NCBI GenBank assembly: GCA_964646945.1
Contig: CAZYIL010000002.1
Coordinates: forward strand, 1-46,976
From: an uncultured Marinoscillum sp.
GTDB lineage: Bacteria; Bacteroidota; Bacteroidia; Cytophagales; MED-G16
Reading direction: 5' to 3'
DNA: 46,976 nt
The position numbers and the translations under genes were made by a program. Below are positions 40,964 to 46,976 of the stretch, in pieces. Position 1 is the first letter of the stretch. Each line of letters opens with the position of its first letter. The notes beneath the pieces are model-generated. The model searched no databases. It saw nothing but the letters and a program-made list of their open reading frames with translations, and was not told where the DNA came from.

Positions 40964-41383
40964 ATGAAATTAATAATAATTAATGGTCCAAACCTAAATC
41001 TTTTAGGAATCAGAGAAAAAAATATTTATGGAAATAAATCTTTTGAATCTATTTTTAAAGAACTTGAATCTAAATATCAAAATGTTTCTTTAGAACAATT
41101 TCAATCAAATCATGAAGGTGAAATTATTGAAAAAATTCAAGAAGTTGGCTTTAGTTACGATGGTATTATAATTAATGCAGGAGGATTTACCCACACTTCT
41201 GTTTCTATTCGAGATGCTATTGCCTCAATTTCAACACCTGTTCTAGAAGTTCACATATCTAATATTCTATCAAGGGAAAGCTTCAGACAAAAAAGTTATT
41301 TATCAGAAGTATGTGTTGGAATTATTTCTGGACTTGGAATAAAAGGATATGATCTAGCCATACAATATTTTACTTCCAAATAA
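40964..41383 (+). CDS. aroQ: Type II 3-dehydroquinate dehydratase
   Basis: IINGPNLNLLGIREKNIYG, QSNHEGE, NAGGFTHTSVSIRDA and EVHISNI motifs. Confidence 0.95.
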   Translation: MKLIIINGPNLNLLGIREKNIYGNKSFESIFKELESKYQNVSLEQFQSNHEGEIIEKIQEVGFSYDGIIINAGGFTHTSVSIRDAIASISTPVLEVHISNILSRESFRQKSYLSEVCVGIISGLGIKGYDLAIQYFTSK

Positions 41384-41390
41384 TTAATAA

Positions 41391-41861
41391 ATGATAACAA
41401 TATATACGGATGGATCAAGTAGAGGAAATCCAGGACCAGGAGGATACGGAGTTGTTATGATCTATAAAGGAAATAGAAAAGAAATTAGTGGGGGTTTCAA
41501 AAAGACTACAAATAATAGAATGGAACTTCTCGCTGTAATAAAAGGGTTAGAAGCTTTAAAACAAAATGATATTGATGTTATCATATTTTCAGATTCTAAA
41601 TATGTAGTTGAATCAATAGAAAAGGGTTGGTTATGGAATTGGGAAAAAAAAAGGTTTAAAAAAAAATCAAATTCTGACCTTTGGAAAAGATTGATTCCTC
41701 TTTATAAGAAATTTAACATAAAATTTAAATGGGTTAAAGGACACGATGGAATAGAAGAAAATGAAAGATGTGACGAATTAGCAAATTTTGCAACTTTAAA
41801 TACAGATTTAAAAATTGACACGGGTTATGAAAAATCCCATAACACCAAAGAATTATTTTAA
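41391..41861 (+). CDS. rnhA: Ribonuclease HI
   Basis: DEDD catalytic pattern: IYTDGSSRGNPGPGGYG, NNRMEL, SDSKYV and WVKGHDG..ENERCDELA. Confidence 0.93.
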   Translation: MITIYTDGSSRGNPGPGGYGVVMIYKGNRKEISGGFKKTTNNRMELLAVIKGLEALKQNDIDVIIFSDSKYVVESIEKGWLWNWEKKRFKKKSNSDLWKRLIPLYKKFNIKFKWVKGHDGIEENERCDELANFATLNTDLKIDTGYEKSHNTKELF

Positions 41862-42596
41862 TGTTAAACTAGTATAAAGACTTGCTCCAATTATTCCAGC
41901 ATCATTTTCTAATTTAGCAGGAACAAGTTTTGACCTACTTTTAATTAAATGTTTGAATTCGTTAAAAGATTTACTAATTCCACCACCAAAAATTATTAAA
42001 TCGGGGGAAATTAAATCTTCAACATATTTTATATATTCATTGAATCGGCTTGTCCAATCAATGATAGATAAGTCTAATTTTTTTCTTGCACTATTTGAGG
42101 TATATTTTTCTGCACAATCCCCATACATTTTGAGATGACCAAACTCAATATTAGGCACTAAAGTGCCATTCAAAAAAATTGATGATCCTATGCCAGTACC
42201 AACAGTTAACATCAGAACCGTTCCTTTTTTGTTTTTACCTGCACCAAATTTCATTTCAGCTAAACCTGCTGCATCAGCATCGTTTAAAATGTATGATTCA
42301 CAGCCTGTCTTTCTAGATATTCTTTTACTTACATCTATTCCAACCCATTTTTTACTAACATTTGCAGCTGTTAGAATCTTATTTTTAACAACAATTCCTG
42401 GAAAACCACAACCAACATATTTGTTCCAATCAAGTTTTTTGATAATTTTCTTCTTTATTGACTTTATAACCTTTTTTGGAGATGATGGTGATGGAGTTTC
42501 AAACCTTATTCTCTCAGAAACAATTTTTCCTAATCTGGTCTCAACTATTCCTGCTTTAATTCCTGAACCGCCAATATCTACTCCTAATATTTTCAT
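41853..42596 (-). CDS. ROK-family glucokinase (polyphosphate/ATP glucokinase-like)
   Basis: ROK/actin-fold motifs ILGVDIGGSGIKAG, LNDADAAGLAE and TVGTGIGSS. The short 247-aa form resembles PpgK-type enzymes. The substrate is not determinable from sequence by eye. Confidence 0.75.
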   Translation of the reverse strand: MKILGVDIGGSGIKAGIVETRLGKIVSERIRFETPSPSSPKKVIKSIKKKIIKKLDWNKYVGCGFPGIVVKNKILTAANVSKKWVGIDVSKRISRKTGCESYILNDADAAGLAEMKFGAGKNKKGTVLMLTVGTGIGSSIFLNGTLVPNIEFGHLKMYGDCAEKYTSNSARKKLDLSIIDWTSRFNEYIKYVEDLISPDLIIFGGGISKSFNEFKHLIKSRSKLVPAKLENDAGIIGASLYTSLTLK

Positions 42597-44825
42597 TCAA
42601 TCTACTATTCTTAGTTTAGCAAAACTCAATAATAATGTTTTTTCTCCTACTAACTTAAAATTTACTATGGCTTTTTTTTGATGAGAATTTATATCTAACT
42701 TTTGAATGGAACCATAACCAAACTTTTGATGTTCAACTTTCATACCCTCTTCTAAATCATCCATATTACTTTGATGAAAGTTTGCAGAAGGAACATGTGA
42801 TAATTTACTGATTCTTTTGAATTTGTTTTTATTGTTATGAAGCAAATTCTTTACAAAATTTTGATTAGAAGAATCATCAGATAAATTTTCAACATATCTA
42901 TGATCAATTTCTTGAATAAATCTACTAGGTTGACATTCTTTTAAAATTCCATATCTGTATCTTGAATTTGAATATGTTACATATAATTTTTTCATCGCTC
43001 TTGTAATAGCTACATAAAATAATCTTCTTTCTTCTTCAAGATCTTTCCTGGAACTTAACATCATTTGAGATGGAAAAAGATCCTCTTCAACACCAACAAT
43101 AAATACCACTTTAAATTCTAACCCTTTAGCCATATGAATTGTCATTAAAGAAACAAATTCCTCTTCTGTTTTATTTTGTTCAACATCATGATCTGTTAAT
43201 AATGCAATTTCTTGCAAAAAAGAATCTATAGTTTTTTTCTCTGTACTTGGAGAATCTATATATTCTTTAATTGAATTTAATAACTCTTGGATATTTTCAT
43301 ATTTATTTAACCCTTCAACAGTTTTATCGTCATATAATTCTTTAATTAAGCCTGATGTCGAGGCGATATGTGAAGCAGATACATATGCGTCATTATTTTT
43401 AACAAATAAAATAAAACCTCTAATTAATTCAGAAAAGTTTTCGATTGCGACAGCTACTCTATTGTTAAAATATTTCCTTACATTTAAAATAACATCCCAT
43501 AACCCAAGATTTTTTTCGTTAGCGAGAAGAATAATTTTTTCAATGGTAGTCTTTCCTATTCCTCTGCGTGGAAAATTTATTATCCTTCTCAAAGATTGTT
43601 CGTCATTTTGATTAATTGTAAATCTTAAATATGCTAACAAATCTTTGACCTCTTTTCTCTGATAAAATGAGATTCCTCCATACACTCTATAATGAATTCC
43701 TGTTCTTCTTAAAGCTTCTTCTATTGCCCTAGATTGACTATTAGTACGATACAAAACAGCAAAATTTGAATTTGAAAATTGATGTTTATTTTTTTCTTCA
43801 AAAATTAACGAAGCAACTAATTTTCCTTCTTTATTATCGGAAAAAGATTTTTTTATACTAATTAATTCTCCAGAATTATTATCTGTCCAGATTGTTTTGC
43901 TGATTTTAGATTTATTATTGCAAATTACAGAATTTGCTGCACCAACTATATTTTTTGTAGATCTGTAATTTTGCTCCAACTTTATTAATTTTAGTTCTTG
44001 GTAATCTTTTTCAAAATTCAAAATATTATTTATATCTGCTCCTCTAAATGCATAAATGCTTTGAGCATCATCACCAACAACACAAATGTTTCTGCTCACA
44101 GCAGATAGTTTTTTTGTTATCAAATATTGAGAAAAATTTGTGTCTTGAAATTCATCAATTAGAACATATTTAAATCTCTGTTGATACTTATTTAATATGT
44201 CTATATGTTCTTTAAACAGAACATTGGTGTTAAAAAGCAAATCATCAAAATCCATGGCTTGAGATTTAAAACATCTATTTACATACTTTTTATAAATGAC
44301 ACCTATATTAGGTCTTAAAGAAGAAGCATCTTCTTCCTGAATTGTTTTATTGTTAAGATATTCATCACAAGATATCAATCTGTTCTTAGCATTTGAAATT
44401 CTATTGTATACATAATTTTCTTTATATAATTTGCTATCAAACCCTAACTCTTTAACAATAGATTTAATTAAAGATTTTGAATCTTGAGTGTCATAAATAG
44501 TGAAATTAGATGGATAACCAATTCTATTTCCTTCAGATCTTAATATCCGTGAAAAAACTGAATGAAAAGTGCCCATCCATAAATTTCTAGCATCTGTGCC
44601 CACAACATTTTCTATTCTATCTTTCATCTCATTTGATGCTTTATTAGTAAAGGTTAAAGCCAAAATTGAAAACGGATCTTGATTATATTTTTTAATTAAA
44701 TGAGCAATTCTATAAGTCAATACTCTAGTTTTACCAGAGCCGGCACCGGCAATTACCAAACATGGGCCTTCAACATTTAAAACAGCCTCTCTTTGAGAAT
44801 TATTTAATTCTTTGATGTAATCCAT
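42597..44825 (-). CDS. ATP-dependent DNA helicase, UvrD/PcrA/Rep (SF1A) family
   Basis: Walker A AGAGSGKTRVLT, motif II DEFQDTN, YRSTKNI, and motif V/VI regions (MTIHMAKGLEF, LFYVAITRA). C-terminal Tudor-like tail. Confidence 0.93.
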   Translation of the reverse strand: MDYIKELNNSQREAVLNVEGPCLVIAGAGSGKTRVLTYRIAHLIKKYNQDPFSILALTFTNKASNEMKDRIENVVGTDARNLWMGTFHSVFSRILRSEGNRIGYPSNFTIYDTQDSKSLIKSIVKELGFDSKLYKENYVYNRISNAKNRLISCDEYLNNKTIQEEDASSLRPNIGVIYKKYVNRCFKSQAMDFDDLLFNTNVLFKEHIDILNKYQQRFKYVLIDEFQDTNFSQYLITKKLSAVSRNICVVGDDAQSIYAFRGADINNILNFEKDYQELKLIKLEQNYRSTKNIVGAANSVICNNKSKISKTIWTDNNSGELISIKKSFSDNKEGKLVASLIFEEKNKHQFSNSNFAVLYRTNSQSRAIEEALRRTGIHYRVYGGISFYQRKEVKDLLAYLRFTINQNDEQSLRRIINFPRRGIGKTTIEKIILLANEKNLGLWDVILNVRKYFNNRVAVAIENFSELIRGFILFVKNNDAYVSASHIASTSGLIKELYDDKTVEGLNKYENIQELLNSIKEYIDSPSTEKKTIDSFLQEIALLTDHDVEQNKTEEEFVSLMTIHMAKGLEFKVVFIVGVEEDLFPSQMMLSSRKDLEEERRLFYVAITRAMKKLYVTYSNSRYRYGILKECQPSRFIQEIDHRYVENLSDDSSNQNFVKNLLHNNKNKFKRISKLSHVPSANFHQSNMDDLEEGMKVEHQKFGYGSIQKLDINSHQKKAIVNFKLVGEKTLLLSFAKLRIVD

Positions 44826-44882
44826 AAATGTATCAACAAAATAACTAAAGGAATCTAATACTTATTTCAAAAAAAAATTAGT

Positions 44883-44890
44883 TAGTTTTG
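44883..44890 (+). promoter_or_regulatory. Candidate Bacteroidota -7 promoter box (TAGTTTTG, consensus TAnnTTTG) for the DUF4290-murA pair
   Basis: Exact consensus match 21 nt upstream of the ATG at 44911, in the 85-nt divergent intergenic region. Confidence 0.35.
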
Positions 44891-44910
44891 GAAAAAGTTT
44901 AAAATAAAAT

Positions 44911-45543
44911 ATGGAATATAATACAACAAGAGAGAAATTAACATTAAGAGAGTATGGAAGAAATTTTCATAAGCTTATTAATCATGTAAAAGAAGTAAAA
45001 GCAAAAGCAAAAAGAACTTCTTTGTCAAAAACGTTGGTTAAGTTAATGAATATGGCGCATCCTGAATTTAGAAATCAAAATGAAGTTGAACAAAAGCTTT
45101 GGGATGATTTGTATATCATGTCAGACTTTGATCTAGATGTAGATAGTCCCTATCCAAAACCAAAAAAAGAAGAATTAGCAATAGTTGGAGACAGATTAAA
45201 ATACCCAAAAAACAAGATAAAATTTAGACATTATGGTCAAAAAATTGAATTATTGATTGAGAACGCATGTAAAATTAAGGACTCTAAAGAAAAAGAATCA
45301 GCAATAATACATATAGGAAAAATTATGAAATCCTTTTTTGGTATGTGGAATAAAGAATCCATAGACAATAGAGTAATTATTGACAACATAAAAGAAATAT
45401 CAAATAATAAGCTCAGTATTGATATTAAAAAGGTGGAAGAACTTAATTTATTTTATAAACAAACAAGAGAAAGAGGTTCCAGATCTTATCATAGAAAAAA
45501 TTTAAGACCTAAAAGAACATACAGAAATAAAAGAAGGGGATAA
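44911..45543 (+). CDS. DUF4290-family protein (function unknown)
   Basis: N-terminus MEYNTTREKLTLREYGRNFHKLINHV matches my recollection of the Bacteroidota DUF4290 family, which characteristically precedes murA. Strongly basic C-terminal tail. The stop overlaps the murA start (TAATG). Confidence 0.75.
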   Translation: MEYNTTREKLTLREYGRNFHKLINHVKEVKAKAKRTSLSKTLVKLMNMAHPEFRNQNEVEQKLWDDLYIMSDFDLDVDSPYPKPKKEELAIVGDRLKYPKNKIKFRHYGQKIELLIENACKIKDSKEKESAIIHIGKIMKSFFGMWNKESIDNRVIIDNIKEISNNKLSIDIKKVEELNLFYKQTRERGSRSYHRKNLRPKRTYRNKRRG

Positions 45544-46847
45544 TGAGCTCGTTCAGAATTGTCGGGGGAAAAAAATTAAAAGGAGAAATTATTCCTCAAG
45601 GTGCAAAAAATGAAGCACTTCAAGTAATTTGTTCTGTCATTTTAAGCTCCGAAAAAATAACCATTCATAATATTCCCAATATAAAAGATGTTCTATTACT
45701 TATTGACTTATTAAAAGAATTAGGAGTAGAAATAAATAAACATTCAGATTCTAGTTATTCCTTTAAATCTGTAAAGATAAATTCTAGTTATTTACATTCT
45801 AATGCTTTCTATAATAAAGCTTCTAAAATAAGAGGATCCGTTATGTTAGTAGGTCCTCTTCTGAATCGATTAGGATTTGCTTCAATTCCTAAACCTGGTG
45901 GTGATAAAATTGGAAGAAGAAGAATTGACACTCACTTAAACGGATTAAAAGAGTTAGGAGCCCGTTTTAGTTATAATAACAAAAATGCAACTTATGATAT
46001 TTCTTCTAAAAAACTAAAGGGAAAATATATTTTATTAGATGAAGCCTCGGTCACCGGAACAGCAAATATTATAATGGCTTCAGTTTTGGCTGAAGGCACT
46101 ACCACAATTTATAATGCAGCTTGTGAGCCTTATGTTCAACAACTCTGTCTAATGATTAAATCTATGGGTGCTAATATTTCTGGAATAGGTTCAAATATGT
46201 TAATTATCAAAGGAGTAAAAGAATTGAAAGGAACTTCTCATACAATTCTTCCAGATATGATTGAAATAGGAAGTTTTATTGGTCTTGCTGCCATGACTCA
46301 ATCAGAAATTAGAATTAAAAATGCTAACATTAAAAATTTGGGAATTATTCCTGATACTTTTAAAAGGCTAGGTATTGATATTAAATTTGACAATGATGAT
46401 ATTTTTATCCCTAGTCAAAAAAATTATGAAATAGAATCATTTATTGATGGTTCAATAATGACAATTTCTGACTCTATATGGCCTGGATTTTCACCAGATT
46501 TATTAAGCATTGCTCTTGTTGCCGCTATTCAGGCTAAAGGCACTGTTCTTATTCATCAAAAAATGTTTGAAAGCAGATTGTTTTTTGTTGATAAACTTAT
46601 TGAAATGGGCGCTCAGATCATCCTCTGTGATCCTCATAGAGCTACTGTAATCGGACTTAATAGACAGTTTCCTTTAAAAGGTATAAGCATGTCATCACCG
46701 GACATAAGAGCTGGAGTTTCATTGCTTATTGCAGCACTTTCTGCAGAAGGAGAAAGCATAATTGATAACATTGATCAGATTGATAGAGGATATAGTGATA
46801 TAGAAAATCGATTAAAAAAATTAGGGGCTGATATTCAAAGAATCTAA
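45543..46847 (+). CDS. murA: UDP-N-acetylglucosamine 1-carboxyvinyltransferase MurA
   Basis: EPSP-synthase-like fold over the whole length. QGAKNEALQVI, active-site loop PKPGGDKIGRRRIDTHL (Asp121 at the Cys115-equivalent position), and the C-terminal DRGY..IE..L..LGA motif. Confidence 0.96.
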   Translation: MSSFRIVGGKKLKGEIIPQGAKNEALQVICSVILSSEKITIHNIPNIKDVLLLIDLLKELGVEINKHSDSSYSFKSVKINSSYLHSNAFYNKASKIRGSVMLVGPLLNRLGFASIPKPGGDKIGRRRIDTHLNGLKELGARFSYNNKNATYDISSKKLKGKYILLDEASVTGTANIIMASVLAEGTTTIYNAACEPYVQQLCLMIKSMGANISGIGSNMLIIKGVKELKGTSHTILPDMIEIGSFIGLAAMTQSEIRIKNANIKNLGIIPDTFKRLGIDIKFDNDDIFIPSQKNYEIESFIDGSIMTISDSIWPGFSPDLLSIALVAAIQAKGTVLIHQKMFESRLFFVDKLIEMGAQIILCDPHRATVIGLNRQFPLKGISMSSPDIRAGVSLLIAALSAEGESIIDNIDQIDRGYSDIENRLKKLGADIQRI

Positions 46848-46976
46848 TCAAATTTTTTTCTTAAGCTTTTCAGACTATAAAATGGAGTTTGTGTTATAAA
46901 TAAATCTGTAACCCAAGTAGGTATTCCTGCAATATCAGAATGAGATTGAAGTGAAACTTTTGTCCTGTTATTATCA
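46844..46976 (-). CDS. C-terminal fragment of an unidentified protein (gene continues beyond the window end)
   Basis: Own translation of the minus strand: ...DNNRTKVSLQSHSDIAGIPTWVTDLFITQTPFYSLKSLRKKFD*. It is open from the window edge to a TAG that overlaps the murA stop by 4 nt. No family recognised. Confidence 0.35.
   Translation of the reverse strand, partial: DNNRTKVSLQSHSDIAGIPTWVTDLFITQTPFYSLKSLRKKFD

Noticed and set aside
42163-42681. A 172-codon ORF on the + strand, antisense to the ROK kinase gene and running into the helicase gene. This is long for such an A+T-rich genome.
   Set aside because: It lies entirely opposite two well-supported genes. Its sequence is low-complexity and Pro/Phe/Leu-rich, mirroring the Gly/Lys/Glu-rich sense protein. 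In this frame offset, stops arise only where the sense strand has NNT-TAN, NNC-TAN or NNT-CAN. The kinase has very few Tyr, His or Gln residues in this stretch, so the openness is explained by sense-strand composition.
40036-44825. A tyrosine recombinase, RNase H and SF1 helicase lie close together. I considered a mobile-element, phage-remnant or defence locus.
   Set aside because: The recombinase has the size and motifs of housekeeping XerD and sits in its usual divergent pairing with aroQ. RNase HI and the UvrD-like helicase are canonical single-domain housekeeping proteins. There are no flanking repeats, no tRNA target and no compositional shift.

Overview
The window is strongly A+T-rich (about 70% or more by eye, not computed) and very densely packed. 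It looks like core chromosome from a Bacteroidota, probably Flavobacteriia-like, organism. The lineage markers are a PorP/SprF type IX secretion protein, a DUF4290-murA pair, an ftsK-lolA pair, an xerD/aroQ divergent pair and TAnnTTTG-type promoter boxes. I support about 42 protein-coding genes. The left quarter (495..12703, minus strand) is a complete division/cell-wall (dcw) operon in the order mraZ-rsmH-ftsL-ftsI-murE-mraY-ftsW-murG-ftsQ-ftsA-ftsZ. The rest is housekeeping: topA, gyrB, ftsK, xerD, a UvrD-like helicase, rnhA, pyrD, pyrF, aroQ, murA, trhO, glxK, gcdH, an acyl-CoA ligase, peptidases, and a small periplasmic sugar-oxidation set (DUF1080 protein, GMC oxidoreductase and its Tat-signal small subunit). 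I found no rRNA, tRNA, CRISPR array, transposase, phage genes or obvious defence island, and no non-coding stretch exceeds about 150 nt. I do not see a convincing undescribed multi-gene system here. The best leads are smaller. (1) rsmH is split by a one-base frameshift in an A11 tract, yet both halves remain intact. (2) Four GTGG(G/T) boxes at 10-bp phase form a likely MraZ operator over the dcw promoter. (3) The dcw operon lacks murD and murC, and the junctions where they normally sit are seamless. (4) MurA carries Asp at the fosfomycin-target Cys position. (5) A 17-bp direct repeat lies upstream of the GMC oxidoreductase operon. (6) Four convergent gene pairs overlap at their 3' ends. Six ORF-track starts are TTG run-ons upstream of a better ATG; I corrected them for mraZ, the porP-like gene, glxK, gyrB, the DUF6702-like gene and lolA.
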